This document shows, one piece after another, positions 1 to 12,064 of a stretch of DNA of 64,000 nucleotides. The stretch lies in the NCBI GenBank assembly GCA_010093995.1, contig ML992510.1:137504-201503 (forward strand). The letters run 5' to 3'. Under the pieces are notes generated by a model. The model saw only the letters and a list, made by a program, of their open reading frames with translations, was not told the DNA's origin and made no database searches. Positions within the stretch are counted from its first letter, which is position 1; each line of letters begins with the position of its first letter. The translations under genes were made by a program, and so were the position numbers. Source of the stretch: Elsinoe ampelina. Taxonomy: Eukaryota.

Positions 1-1
1 A

Positions 2-1036
2 CGATTCCCGGACCGGTGCCCTGTTCTTCACCTAGTGGCTGTCAGTGGGCAACATCAACTCATGGGAAATTTCCCAGGCCCGTGTGTCGACGTTGGATTG
101 GACGGACAGACACCTCTTCTCTTCGCATGTGTAGTAGGCTACGCCAAGATGGTTGCGCTGTTGCTGGATCATGGGGCCGATTGCACCCTCGCCGAATACG
201 ATGGATACGGACTGATAGAAATTGCTATTGAGCACGGTAACGAACAAGTAGCGGTGTTATGTCTCAGGCGAGGCCTTGGAGTTTCGACTGCACCTTACAC
301 AGAAGCTCGATATGGATCTCTCTTAGGATATGCGGCTTTCTGTGCATGCCACACCGTTACTGACGCGATGGTAGAATCTGGTATAGATATTCTGCAGCCA
401 GGACTGAGGGTCCAGCCTTTGGTAGGTCCCATCGCTAGGCCTTATGGATTTGGATCATGGCAAGAGACTCTGAAGCTTCTCCTCGAAGCAGATAAACTCT
501 ATGTCCGAAACGTATTCAACTGTCGAGACTACTGGCATGAGAAGCATGAAGTTCTCGTGGAGTATCTGACGTACCTATTATGTTACTACAATTCGGAGAG
601 ACTGCACAAACTCGCGCACTTCTTCTTTGACACTTTCCTTGGGTACACCACAGAGTCGAGAGATGCATGGTTTGCCGAGAGTTTGTTCCTACTTGCAAAG
701 CGGCAAAACCTGGACTTGGGCAGTGACTACTCCGCACGTGACCTCGGAGTACTGATTGAGCATCTGCTCCACAGAGATGAAGCCAAGGGTCTCACAAGTT
801 GGTCATATCACTGTTACCTACAAGCTGCTGAAGCCAACGAGGATAAAGCTTTGATGGAGATATTTTCAAGCTTAGGTGCTTCCGATCTGTTCCATGGGTT
901 CGACGCATCGCGTTTGACGCCAGAGGAGCGCTTTCAGTCATTCCAGTGTCCACATAGCCCAGGGAAGGTGACTGCTTTTCCACGGCTGCTCTCGGAGGCC
1001 CATTGCAACGAGAAAAGGACAGGTCGTCGTGGATGA
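2..1036 (+). CDS. Ankyrin-repeat protein, 5'-truncated by the window edge
   Basis: The frame is open from base 2 (RFPDRCPVLHLVAVSGQHQLM...). Ankyrin-like repeats: GQTPLLFACVVGYAKMVALLLDHGAD, GYGLIEIAIEHGNEQVAVLCL, GSLLGYAAFCAC. Confidence 0.75.
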   Translation, partial: RFPDRCPVLHLVAVSGQHQLMGNFPGPCVDVGLDGQTPLLFACVVGYAKMVALLLDHGADCTLAEYDGYGLIEIAIEHGNEQVAVLCLRRGLGVSTAPYTEARYGSLLGYAAFCACHTVTDAMVESGIDILQPGLRVQPLVGPIARPYGFGSWQETLKLLLEADKLYVRNVFNCRDYWHEKHEVLVEYLTYLLCYYNSERLHKLAHFFFDTFLGYTTESRDAWFAESLFLLAKRQNLDLGSDYSARDLGVLIEHLLHRDEAKGLTSWSYHCYLQAAEANEDKALMEIFSSLGASDLFHGFDASRLTPEERFQSFQCPHSPGKVTAFPRLLSEAHCNEKRTGRRG

Positions 1037-1655
1037 TTGAAAGCGCTGGCTCATTTCACCACCGGTCAATCCACCGTAGCCCCATCCCTCAGCAGGTCCA
1101 TGACTACAAGGATCCCGTGGAGCCGGCGGGCAGAAATCTGTAGATCAGACTAATTTTCATCCTTTGTTTTGAAATGACTGATGACGGAAGGGTCCACGTT
1201 GGCGACTTAGGTTGAATTGTCATGCTGTCTCGTCTCGTCATCGGAGCATCTGCTCATCGACGAGACCTATCATACTCGGCTCAGTCAAATCTGGTAGAAA
1301 CATGGTCTTTATAGGATCCCGGCGACTTCGTGAGCAAGCCATAGTATACCTACCTCGACACGACATTACCTCGAATAGATGTCTCATGATTTAATCATGC
1401 CCTCAAATGACCAGGACCTTTGCCCATCTCGATTCTTCTTTGTGTGATTTAGAATGAGAGATGATATTGTCCCTATTCTCTCGTGCCCATTTCCCGTAAC
1501 TCAAATCTGGTTGCACTATGGTACTGCACCTGATCCTTCGGCTTCATCATCTGGGACTAGTTTGCGGCTGAGCCTGCCTTGCCTCTCTTTCCTCTATCGC
1601 TCGCTTCTTTGCTGCAATATATCATCGAAAATATCATCGATGAGCGGATCCGGAT

Positions 1656-2785
1656 ATGACGTCTATAGACAGCAGCGCTCCGCTCCTGTCGGACCCGGAT
1701 TATGAGACTGAAGGCGGTGGCGAGATCGATCGCCACGCTCCATACCACGACGACACCTCAGCCCACTCCGACGCCATCAACAACGATAACGACAATAGCT
1801 CCGACTCGCCCACCGGTGACCTCCCTCCGCCATCAAAACAACGCGACCCTCTCTACGTGAAAATATTTTACACCCTCTCCCTCCTCTGCTCCACTACCGC
1901 CCTGATCTCCGCCGGCATCGGCTTCAGCATCGTCCGCCGCAATGTCTTCGACGACTACGCCCAACGGCAGCAATTGGAGAGCTACACCAGCCAACCACTC
2001 GGGATGCTCACTCCGATCATCTTTCTCTTCATAAATGCCCTCTGGACCTTTTACAATCTCATCTGCGCTGTCAAGGGGACTCAACATCGTCTCTGGGTGC
2101 TTAACACGATCTATGACTTCTTGCTGTGGCCTTCGCTGATCGGGTTCGGCGTGCTTAATACCATCATGGCGCTGTGGGATCGAAGACTGTGCGACGGGCA
2201 GCGACGCGAGGGAGTGACCTACGAGGAGTGCGATGCTGCTATGCTGAAGCTGCTGGTTGTGGAACTCGTGGCTGTGAATGTGGGGATGTTGGTTGCGTGA
2301 GTTGATCCCTTTACATTCTCCTTGCTGGATCTGTGCATGGTCAGGTCAAGTACATGGAGGGCCACAGCTGATCCCCTGACAGGATACTGCATTTCATTCT
2401 GTTGATAGGGAGGTGTTGCACTTTCCGCAGACATGTGGATCTGAACGCGGAGATTGAGCTAAGGCAGATGATCGGAGAGGAGAGAGCGATGTTGAGGGAG
2501 CTGGTGCTCAGACGGAGGGAGCTGGAGGAAGAGAACAGGAGGCTCGAGCAGAGGCTGGGGCAGGAGTTGCCTGCGCTACCAGAGGGGGCTGAGAGGGAGT
2601 TACCTGATTTGCCTGATGAGAGGAGCTTGCCGCCGTTGCCGGAGGAGGCTGTTGGGGTAGAAGAGGTCAGCGTAGAGGAGAGAGGGGCGGAACAACAAGA
2701 GGATCTCGTTGACGTGGGAAGGCCGAGTGGAGATAGTCTGGGCGCTCGAGACCTGGCTATTGAAGACTCGGATGAGAGACGGTGA
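1656..2785 (+). CDS. Hypothetical 4-TM membrane protein (MARVEL-like topology) with an acidic/coiled-coil C-tail
   Basis: Exon 1656-2296, intron 2297-2382 (GTGAGT...GCTGAT...ACAG), exon 2383-2785. Splicing joins ORFs 1656 and 2402 in frame (VGMLVA-ILHFILLIGRC). Four hydrophobic segments. Confidence 0.65.
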
Positions 2786-2848
2786 TCTTGATAGTAGGGT
2801 GTATGTACAGATGTGATGCTCGTAATGTAATACAACAACTAGACCCCT

Positions 2849-4261
2849 TCATCCTTTGACATTCCTCCAACCATGTACACCAAGCATCCCTCCATCCTCA
2901 GCGCTAGCATCCAAACTCCATCTTCGGATCGGCTCAATATCAAGCCCGCTCCTATAGCCTGCATTCCACATCTCTACACCAGCCCATGCAATCATTGCGG
3001 CGTTGTCCGTGCAGTACTCTATTGGTGGAAACAGAACTTCAATATCCTCGAAGCCTTGAGCATCCAGCATGGATCTGAAGACATGCCTCATGAATTTATT
3101 CGCAGCAACGCCGCCTGACACCACTAGTGTCTTGACCATCTCTCTGTCTACCTTCTCGAGCGACTTGAGGTACAGCAGTAGCCTCCCAGCCAAGTGCTCG
3201 AAAGCGACTCGCTGTACCTCTTGTGCCATGAAGCGACGCTCGTCCAGCGTGATCTCATCAGCTTGTCGTAACAGCGTCTCAGGTGTGGCGACCCCACCAG
3301 TCGTTCGTTGCACGGCGGTCAATAGTCCAGAGAAGCTGTACTCCATTCGACGAGAGCTGCGACCGCCACGAGATCGAGCGAGTGGGGCCCCGAAGCTCCA
3401 GCCCCATTGAGAGGGACGACGCGCGAGTTCTTGTTCCCGAGACGAGGGTGGAGTGTAATTATAGTCTGCTTCCGAGGAGACAGTGGGAAAGGCGAAAGAC
3501 TCCAAGGCCTTGCCATAGGGTGGTCTGAGAAGCTCAGGCGGGAGGATCATCCGTGCTGCCTTGTCGAGGCAGTCTCCGAGGGCGATGTCGGCTGTGCTGG
3601 CTAGGATAGAGTGGTCGGTCAGGGAGGTACTTGAGATGAGGAGAGTGTGGCCTCCTGAGACCAGCAAGCTCAAGAAGGGAAAGCCAGGGTGATGCGGAGC
3701 TGGTAGCGAAGTGCCGAGTGCGGCAATGAGCCGAGGTGTCAGAGCGTGGGCTTGCATGTGATGCACTCCAAGAAGTGGTATGTTCCACGCCAGAGAAAGA
3801 CCTTTCGCGATGTTCAAGCCGACAGAAAGATTGGATCGCATACCAGGTCCGCGTGTCGCAGAGATGAAGTCAGGCTTCTTCCGTAGTTGTCCATCATGGG
3901 ATGCGAAGAGGATGTCGCCACTTGAAGGGATCGGGTCATTGGGTCCAAAGGTTGGTAGATGCTCGATGGCTTCTTTAAGAAGCGGGGCAAGTGTCTTTTG
4001 ATGCGATTCGAGAGCCACTATCGGATGAATACCACCATATGCCTCATTGTTTGCTGTGACCTTTTTATGAAAGTGCAGCTTCGCTTTTGCGGTCCCACCT
4101 GCATGATGCTGTGTTTCCAGCACAGCTACAGACGTATCATCACAAGATGTCTCAATGGCGACGGTCAGAAGACCTCTACGTCCATCAATAGCTTGGCCAA
4201 CCCATCTCCTTCTCAGTGTGCGACTCGTGACGCGTCTAAAATGTCCCAGACGCGTCGACAT
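2849..4261 (-). CDS. QRI7: Mitochondrial tRNA N6-adenosine threonylcarbamoyltransferase (Kae1/TsaD/Qri7 family)
   Basis: Motifs AIETSCDDT, GGIHP, HHMQAH, LLVSGGHT, GDCLDK, SGGVAAN, CTDNAAMIAW. The Arg-rich presequence-like N-terminus begins at ATG 4261. Confidence 0.93.
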   Translation of the reverse strand: MSTRLGHFRRVTSRTLRRRWVGQAIDGRRGLLTVAIETSCDDTSVAVLETQHHAGGTAKAKLHFHKKVTANNEAYGGIHPIVALESHQKTLAPLLKEAIEHLPTFGPNDPIPSSGDILFASHDGQLRKKPDFISATRGPGMRSNLSVGLNIAKGLSLAWNIPLLGVHHMQAHALTPRLIAALGTSLPAPHHPGFPFLSLLVSGGHTLLISSTSLTDHSILASTADIALGDCLDKAARMILPPELLRPPYGKALESFAFPTVSSEADYNYTPPSSREQELARRPSQWGWSFGAPLARSRGGRSSRRMEYSFSGLLTAVQRTTGGVATPETLLRQADEITLDERRFMAQEVQRVAFEHLAGRLLLYLKSLEKVDREMVKTLVVSGGVAANKFMRHVFRSMLDAQGFEDIEVLFPPIEYCTDNAAMIAWAGVEMWNAGYRSGLDIEPIRRWSLDASAEDGGMLGVHGWRNVKG

Positions 4262-4547
4262 GCAATCTGATGGAGGTGTGAAGGAGGTGAAGGTGGCTGG
4301 CTGACACGTGAAAGAAAGTTCCCCTGTGGATGACGTCGATTGTCCAATCAAGCCCATCAGATCAGTCGTTCGAGCAGCCCTCCCACTCCTGCACCACCTC
4401 ACTGCAATCTACGCCATACTGGTTCTAGATCTGTACCTGCATGGTCACGGCCCGCATCTGGCTTTCTGCTCCTGCAATATAGCTGCCCTTATCGAACCTC
4501 CGCTCCTTCACTCTCTCTACACAGCTATGACCTAACCCATCACACCT

Positions 4548-7046
4548 ATGGCCGACACCAAGAAGTCCACAGATGGGCCCGAACCCTTTGACCAATCTGC
4601 TTGGGACCCGAAGACGCTGCCGGACTTTGACGATGATTTCATCAAGGAAGAGGACATTCGGGAGTTCGAGAAGGCTCTAGCAGTACCCGAGCATTCCCCT
4701 TCGGAAGAGGACTTGCTCAGCCCGAAGCAACCTACCGAATTCATCACGGCACTGAATGATTGGCGACCCATTCATCAACGCGTGCGGGGACGAGCAGGGA
4801 GGAAAAGCAAATCGAAGAAGCCACCTCGACGAGGCAAAGATGAGACTCGCGAAGGATGGACATACAAGTTCTTGAAATGGCCTCTACTCCTGATCGTTAC
4901 TGGATGGCTACTTGGACTCAGTATCGCTTATCTCCTGACACGTTTCTACATCTACGTCTACGAACAGTTTGTCACTTGGCGAGGCACAAGGCAGAGGCTA
5001 CGGAAGAAGATGAGATCACAAACGAATTACCACGACTGGGTCAAGGCTGCTCAAGAGCTAGACAGGTACCTCGGAAACGACAAATGGAAAGAGACGGACG
5101 AGTACGCATACTACGATTGCAAGACTATTAGGAGGGTCACACAACAGCTACATGCACTGAGATTGCGAGTCGAATCGGGAGGCAACACAAATGGTCTTGC
5201 CGAGAAGCATGCAGTTGCCGTGGATGAACTGAGAGGATTAGTAGAGGCCTGCGTGAAGAACAACTTTGCTGGCTACGAGAACCCCCGACTCTATTCTGAG
5301 AGCTACTATGGAACAAAGAATCTGGTTCAGGCATATGTGGATGAGGCATCCAAAGCAGTACAGGCACTATTTGACTCGAAGCAACTATCACTAGATGACA
5401 AGCGCGCGCTTTCGAAACATCTGGTAACCAATTTCGGACGTACGGCTTTGTGTCTGAGTGGTGGAGCGACCTTTGCGTACTATCATTTCGGTATTGCAAA
5501 AGGGCTACTGGATGCAGACTTGATACCATCGATCATCACCGGCACCAGTGGAGGAGCCCTAGTCGCGGCACTACTGGCAACTCGTACGAACGAAGAGCTA
5601 AAGAAACTTCTCGTGCCTGCTCTTGCAGCTCGAATCACTGCCTGCCACGATTCGTTTGCAGTATGGGCGAAACGTTGGTACCAGACTGGTGCCCGATTCG
5701 ACAGTGTAGATTGGGCACGCCGGTGTGGCTGGTTCTGTCGTGGGTCTCTGACCTTTGCGGAAGCATATGAGCGTACTGGTCGTATATTCAATGTTTCTTG
5801 CGTCCCATCGGATCCTCACTCTCCTACCATTCTTGCCAATTATCTCACTGCGCCCGACTGCGTAATCTGGTCAGCAGTCCTAGCCTCAGCGGCTGTACCG
5901 GGCATCTTGAATCCTGTGGTTCTCATGCGGAAGCGTAAGGACGGTACTCTCGAGCCTTTCTCCTTTGGACACAAGTGGAAGGATGGATCTCTGCGTACCG
6001 ACATCCCTCTCAAGTCTCTCAACCTTCACTTCAATGTCAACTTCTCTGTTGTCTCTCAGGTCAACCCACACATATCTCTGTTCTTCTTCTCCTCGCGAGG
6101 TGCGGTCGGTCGACCTGTCACCCATCGCCGTGGTCGTGGCTGGCGAGGCGGCTTCCTCGGCTCTGCGCTTGAGCAATATCTCAAACTAGATCTCACCAAA
6201 TGGCTGAAAGTCCTCCGTCACCTCGAGCTTCTACCACGATGGATGGGCCAAGACTGGTCCGAGGTCTGGCTCCAGCGCTTCTCGGGGACCATCACCATCT
6301 GGCCGAAAACCAAGGTGACAGACTTCTATTACATTCTCGCCGACCCAACGCCCGAGCGCCTTGCCCTTATGATCTACAGCGGTCAACAAGCCGCCTTCCC
6401 CAAACTCAACTTTATCGGCAACCGACTCAAGATTGAAAAAGTCATTGAGAAAGCCCGACGAGAAACACGCGTTGATCCCCGTGCCCTCCCAACACCTAGT
6501 CTGGACAAAGAAAGACTTAAGAACATGTTCAGCGACGAGGACCTCCGCGAGCTCCTCAAGAAAGCCGAGGGTAAATACGCCGCTAACAGCGGTCGTGAAA
6601 GAGAACCTCCGCTCATACCCAAGACACCCCGCGGCCTGACCCGCAACCCGAGCGACGAGACAGGCAGTCCGACCAAGCGCCGAATCCAAGACGGAGAGCA
6701 CGTTAGAAGCGGCAGTCTCAGCAAGAAACTCAGCAGCTGGTTCGGCTCACTCAGCGGCAGTCCGAAGATCGGCGGGCCAGATTTTGACGGAGCGTGGGGC
6801 GATGCGGCCGTCGAGCGAAGGCCGAGTATCAAGGACTTGAACAGTGCTGGTCAGCAGGGTAGGAGAGGGAGTGTGCTTGGGGAGCTGGGGAGGCAGAGTC
6901 GAGTGTTCTTTGATGATAGTGAGACGGAAGGGGAGACGGATGGGGAGGGCAAGGAGGGGGCGAGGAGCATGTCAGGGGAGAGCGAGGAGGGGAGTGTGCC
7001 GATGCAGGCTGTTGAGGCTGGAGAGGAAGCGAGGGAGAAGTTGTAG
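4548..7046 (+). CDS. Patatin-like phospholipase / triacylglycerol lipase (Tgl3/4/5 family)
   Basis: ALCLSGGA oxyanion motif, GTSGG (GxSxG) nucleophile, WKDGS catalytic Asp, an N-terminal TM segment and a DUF3336-like region. Confidence 0.9.
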   Translation: MADTKKSTDGPEPFDQSAWDPKTLPDFDDDFIKEEDIREFEKALAVPEHSPSEEDLLSPKQPTEFITALNDWRPIHQRVRGRAGRKSKSKKPPRRGKDETREGWTYKFLKWPLLLIVTGWLLGLSIAYLLTRFYIYVYEQFVTWRGTRQRLRKKMRSQTNYHDWVKAAQELDRYLGNDKWKETDEYAYYDCKTIRRVTQQLHALRLRVESGGNTNGLAEKHAVAVDELRGLVEACVKNNFAGYENPRLYSESYYGTKNLVQAYVDEASKAVQALFDSKQLSLDDKRALSKHLVTNFGRTALCLSGGATFAYYHFGIAKGLLDADLIPSIITGTSGGALVAALLATRTNEELKKLLVPALAARITACHDSFAVWAKRWYQTGARFDSVDWARRCGWFCRGSLTFAEAYERTGRIFNVSCVPSDPHSPTILANYLTAPDCVIWSAVLASAAVPGILNPVVLMRKRKDGTLEPFSFGHKWKDGSLRTDIPLKSLNLHFNVNFSVVSQVNPHISLFFFSSRGAVGRPVTHRRGRGWRGGFLGSALEQYLKLDLTKWLKVLRHLELLPRWMGQDWSEVWLQRFSGTITIWPKTKVTDFYYILADPTPERLALMIYSGQQAAFPKLNFIGNRLKIEKVIEKARRETRVDPRALPTPSLDKERLKNMFSDEDLRELLKKAEGKYAANSGREREPPLIPKTPRGLTRNPSDETGSPTKRRIQDGEHVRSGSLSKKLSSWFGSLSGSPKIGGPDFDGAWGDAAVERRPSIKDLNSAGQQGRRGSVLGELGRQSRVFFDDSETEGETDGEGKEGARSMSGESEEGSVPMQAVEAGEEAREKL

Positions 7047-7185
7047 GGTAGACTGAAGGGGGAAGGGAGAGTTTACGATGTCATGATCGCACGACCTAGA
7101 TGATACAAAGGATTCCTAAAATGGTAGAATGCATTGGATGTTGGATATCGCTCTACTGGCTCGCATTCCCCTGTTTTCCATGGGT

Positions 7186-7227
7186 ATTCCTGCCCACGGA
7201 TTCCTGCCCACGGATTCCTGCCCACGA
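7186..7227. repeat. Three tandem copies of a 14-bp unit, ATTCCTGCCCACG(G/A)
   Basis: Read directly from the sequence. It lies between the 3' ends of two convergent genes. Confidence 0.9.
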
Positions 7228-7244
7228 AAGGCTGTTGAATCCCA

Positions 7245-7898
7245 CTACCCTTGCAACTGGGCAATCTGCTTCCCCAGCGCAGCAAGGAATGACTGTCCAC
7301 CAGCCATATTGCCTCTCGATCCCGCCGAAGCCGGCTTGGGATTACTCTCCGCCACCCTATACGTCTTGAAAGCCCCCGCCTCTCTCTTCAAGAAATCCTT
7401 CACCTCCCCAGCATTAAACCCATTCACGGACCCATTCCCCTCCTCTCTCCCCACAACCTGCCCCGTCGGCACAGCAACCTCGTTCTTCCTCCCTCCTCCC
7501 TCTCCACTTTCTGCCATGGCCGACGCGCCTTCCTTCGGCGTCACCGTCCCCGTCGATCGCGCCTGCTGCTGCGCCTGCTTCCTCTGATCCCAGAAATTAC
7601 TCGCGGGCGCCGGCGCGGGCGTCGTCTTCGTCTGCTCCACCGGCTTGACAGTCGCGAGGGGCTTGCTCTCGCTGTGCTGCGGTTTGGGCAGGGCAGGGTT
7701 CGGCGTCGTCGCGCCTGATGTCGTGGTGGGTGACGCCGCGGAGGATCTGGGGTGGGGGACTGCTGGGCGCGAGATGCTGGCTGGGCGGTTGGTGCGCCAG
7801 GCGCTAGAGGGGGGAGGTCAGTGGACGGCGGACGGGGAGGGAGGGGAGGATGAGGAGGGGGCGGGGGGAACGTACCGTTGCTCTGATGCCGTGGACAT
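7245..7898 (-). CDS. Hypothetical low-complexity fungal protein
   Basis: ATG 7898 (MSTASEQR). Intron 7875-7804 (GTACGT...CTGAC...CTAG) joins in frame to ORF 7245-7640 (...VNGFNAGEVKDFLKR...). Confidence 0.7.
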
Positions 7899-8251
7899 GG
7901 TGGGTGCCTTTTTTGCTTGCTCGATGGGTGGGGGATCGAGCAGGCTGGGGGATTATGGGGTGCAAGCGCGCATTTCTTGAGAGAGAGCGGCGCAAGTGTT
8001 TGTGGTTGGTCGCGCCCGGAGGTGAGAAGGGGTCACGGGCGAGGGATGAGGGTGTGGTCAAGTGGCAGGGAAATGATTGGGTTTGGGAAGAAATGGGTTT
8101 CAGCTTCGACATGCGGAGGTGCAATTTTTGAGTTTCGGCTTTGAATTTCCGGACGTCATTTCCGCGCTTCATAGGGAGGGATTGTTCCTTTCACTTCACC
8201 ACATGCTGCATTGGAGGTGATGCTAATGGGGATCTCTCGTTCGATTCTCCA

Positions 8252-9350
8252 TCAGTTGGCTTTTGGGGTTGCTGAAGTCTCTGGCTCGACCTTCCTACGC
8301 TTCTCCAGGCCCTCTGCTACACAGGCGGCAATGTCCTCTACGGTAGTGCCTCTCTTTCGCTTCTCTGTTATTTCCTTGCCGAGCTCAGTGTCCTTTGCGA
8401 CTGTGTTGTAGACAGCGGCAATGGCACCGAAAATGCGCTCGTCTTCTCCGAAACCCCCGTCGATAGCAAAAGTCTCACCAATCTCCTTCATCTCCTTCAC
8501 CCAGCGATAAGCTTTTGGTGGCATCTTGGTTAGACTCGCCGTCATCTGTGCAGTGGCAGAACTGGTCTGCTTGAGTTGTTCTTGCAGTTCACAGAGCACA
8601 CCGAGCTTGTGAGCAGTGGTGAAGGATTCGATCGCGATGGCTTGGAACCCCTTTGTTAAGGAGGCGAAGCACATCTTCAAACCAGACGCTGTTCCCACAT
8701 CATCACCGATATGCTTCGAATTGAGAATCTTTGCGAGAGCTTCACCACCTGGGACAGCCTCGGATAGCTTGTGAGGGCCAGACATGGGTATGCTAGGCAC
8801 TCTCCATCTAGCTGTTGGATCGAATGGGTCTGCAGGCGTGGGCGAGCCTCCAATGATACCACCATCAATGAAGCGTACTTGATCAGCTAGTGGCTTGAGG
8901 ATGGCAGCAATCTCGCGGACATGCTGAGGTGATACAGCATTGAGGTCCAGATAGTACAGAGGTGCTTCTCGTCTCGCAAAGTCTGGTGCCGACATGGCGG
9001 TAGCAATTCGCTTCGCTGTGGATAAGGCATCTTTCGGTGGCACAATCGACAAGAAGTAGTCGGCTCGTGACGCTAATTCGCCGTCTGTCTTGACGAGCTC
9101 GATTGATGCTGACTTTGCTCGCTTGTGTGTGTTCTCACTGATGAAATCAATCGCTGTATACGCGTGGCGCAGAAAAGAACAGGACAGACCTGCGTCCTTC
9201 AATGTTTGTGAGCACTTCGTACTTGTGGCTTGTGAGGAGTTTTGCAACCCCTAGTCCCATCTCTCCAATGCTGACCACAGCGACCGACGCCAGAAACGAC
9301 CCCGACTTCGGGTGGTCTCTTGACACGATGTTCTTGAGAAAGGTAGCCAT
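8252..9350 (-). CDS. NAD(P)-binding dehydrogenase, 6-phosphogluconate/3-hydroxyisobutyrate dehydrogenase-like (DUF1932-type C-terminus)
   Basis: Rossmann-like VAVVSIGEMGLGVA; DGGIIG; ASGLKMCFASLTKG; PPKAYRWVKEM. Intron 9189-9138 (GTCTGT...ATCAG) restores the frame EGR-SENT. Confidence 0.85.
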
Positions 9351-9591
9351 GTTGACACTTCCACTGACGGTCAGCCAAATTAGATCGAGAATCAAGGAAG
9401 AAAGGAATGCTTGACAAGTAGAGACTCATGCAGCTAACAACGCAGCTGTCAGTCGATCACGTGCAGGGCGACTTGGTGGGGGTGGGGGTTCTCGACATCT
9501 CACGTCAACGCTTCCGTTGATTGCAACCTTCCATCATCGACGTTCCATCCAATCATATCATCTCTTTACCCTTAATGGCTCAATAAGAAGG

Positions 9592-10723
9592 ATGCTCGTC
9601 TCTTATCGACACCTTGTCTCGCGAGCTGTCCCTGCGCCCCAACTGCGGCTAATTGCTGGATACTGCCGTGCTATGTCCAGCCAATCCACGAGCCATGAGG
9701 AGCGTACTGCGGCTCAAAGAAGGGAAGCTGGCATAGAGACTGTAAATTTGAAACATATTGAGCCAGTCAACGACACAATACGCTTGATGCGGCTCTACTC
9801 GACGGACAAGAATCACTCGATAAAGGTAGGGCCATTTTGACCGTAAAAGGCCATCGGCCTTTGCGTTCAGTATCACATGTTTCCTATGCAGTGTCTTGCC
9901 CGTTATTCTATTCACCAGCTTGTTCTCTCCTGCTTTTGCTGACATTGGCGGGCAGTAGTTCCTACCAGGTCAATGGCTAGATGTCTTTCTGCCAGGCCTT
10001 GACAAGGCCGGCGGATTCACAATTACATCGACACCTAGAGAGGCGACTCCAAATGAACAAGATCCAGCATATCTAGAGCTTGCCATCCAAAAGAGCAAGA
10101 ATCCGCCAGCTCAATGGCTATGGCGTCCGATCAGTGAGATCCTGGAGCAGAGCATCACAGTGCGAGTCGGCGGGGACTTTACATGGCCACCCTCACACAA
10201 GCTACCAGCCCCGGTCAAAAGGCTGGTCTTGATAGCAGGGGGAGTCGGGATCAAGTACATCTTCACTGATGCGCCTACGAACCATTCCTGACAAAGTGAC
10301 AGTCCTCTCATCTCAATCGCGTCGCATCTGATGCAGCAGCAGCCGCAGGACCGACCGCAAGAAATCGTCTTCCTGTATGGTACTAAAGCTTCTGGCTCAC
10401 CGATAGATGCCAGGCATATTCTCTTCTTGCCTAGACTTGAGAAAATGGTGGAACGAATGCAGGGTTCCGGCATGCAGCTGCGACTCTTCCTGACTAGCGT
10501 GACGAAGGGGCAACTATCAGACGCAATTGGGATGCCAGAGAATGTCACACTTGGGCGTATCACAGACCAAGACCTGGATCGTTCATTGGGTGAGATTGAG
10601 AGCAGGAAAGGTACGCTATGCTATGTCTGCGGACCGCAGGTGATGACAGACGCATTTGTGGACTTCTTGAAGAGCCGACCCGGTCTACATCCAGAGAATG
10701 TACTCTGCGAGAAATGGTGGTGA
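9592..10723 (+). CDS. FAD/NAD-binding oxidoreductase (OXNAD1-like, ferredoxin-NADP reductase superfamily)
   Basis: Introns 9826-9958 and 10255-10302 give FLPGQWLDV, GGFTITSTP, LIAGGVGINPL, YVCGP and the C-terminal EKWW. Confidence 0.88.
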
Positions 10724-11052
10724 GCCCTGCAGGTGTTGCAGCGAGTCGAGCAGGAATGTGCTGGTCGACAGCTTCCCTACCAATCGAAGGCCGTGACATC
10801 TTTCAATGAAATAGACCATGCAGCACAGCTTTATGCACCTGACCTCTTGCATTTCTCTGCATACCTCAAACAAAGCCATTGTCAATCTAGACCTGACCGC
10901 CAACCGTCCTGCATCCAAAACCACACCACCCGACCCTCCCTCTTCACCGCTGGCTGTACTTCCCAATCCGGCCTAGCGCCCATCTCACATCTTCAAGATA
11001 TCAAGCAAGCTCCCATCGTCTCTCCTCCCCAAAACACCACAGCAAACCCACA

Positions 11053-11840
11053 ATGCTCCTCCCACTCTTCTTCCTCCCCACCACCCTCGCCGCCTCCCTC
11101 CTCATCACCATCCCCTCCTCCCCGCCCCTCCTCCCCAACCCCTCCACCCTCCCCCCAACAACCCACGCAACCCTCCTCACCTCTTCCGGCTCCCTCCTCA
11201 CCTCCCGCCTCACCCGCCAAAACACAATCCACTTCCCCTCCCTCCCACAAGGCTCGCACCTCCTCAGCCTCTTCACCCGCGACTTCTCCTTCCCGCAATA
11301 CCGCGTCGACGTCGCCCCGTCCTCGGACTCGACCAGCCCCGGCGCAGGCACAGACACAGACACAGGCACCGAAACCATCTCCATCGCCCAGACCTTCCGC
11401 GGGAATGAGTGGTCCAACACGGGCCCGGTGGTAGCAAAAGGCAACGACACACTCACCGTCGCGCTCCCGCCGTTGGGCAAGAAGGAGTTCTACGCGCAAC
11501 GGCAGGGGTTCAGCGCGTTGAGCATACTCAAGAACCCGATGATTCTCATGGCGTTGGTGTCGGGCGGGTTGGTGTTTGGGATGCCGTATTTGGTGGATAA
11601 TAGTAAGTCTTCTCGGTTCGATTGGAGGGTAAAGGATCGGTTGCTGACGGATATGCAGTGGACGAGGAGACCAAGAAGGAGTTTGAGGAGGCGCAGAAGA
11701 GTAATCCCCTTGCTGGCGGAGGGGGCGATGCTGCGGCTGCGATACAGAATTTTGATTTTGCTGGGTGGATGGCTGGGAAGACGACCAAGAGTTCAGACGC
11801 GGTGGAGGAGAGGAAGGAGGGGGGGAAGTCGTTGCGGTGA
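11053..11840 (+). CDS. EMC7: ER membrane protein complex subunit 7-like (DUF2012)
   Basis: Signal peptide; QTFRGNEW; LSILKNPMILMAL TM segment. Intron 11603-11658 (GTAAGT...GCTGAC...GCAG) gives DNMDEETKKEFEE...NFDFAGWMAG. Confidence 0.8.
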
Positions 11841-12064
11841 AAAGTAAGCGTGGAAAGGGCCATGGGATAGAAACAGAGGCATACAGCAGGCATGGCAGAT
11901 TGATTCAATATTTCGATTCGTCTCGAAGCTTGGGATTAGCTGAATGGCTGGAGTGCGGAGGTGATCCTCTAATGCAGCTCAGCGGTTTGAACAGGGCAGC
12001 TCCAGGACCGTGACAAGCTAGCATGGACGTCTAGAGCAGCAGACGTGTTCCACGACTACCTGCC

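Noticed and set aside
7186..7227. Direct repeats considered as CRISPR-like
   Set aside because: Three adjacent 14-bp copies with no spacers, in a eukaryotic 3' intergenic region. This is an ordinary minisatellite.
10733..11499. Pro/Ser-rich and Gly/Glu-rich ORFs overlapping EMC7 (similar ones overlap VPS55, VPS68, ARMC8 and array member 4)
   Set aside because: By-products of the C-rich/G-rich skew islands. The real frames are fixed by conserved motifs and splice sites.
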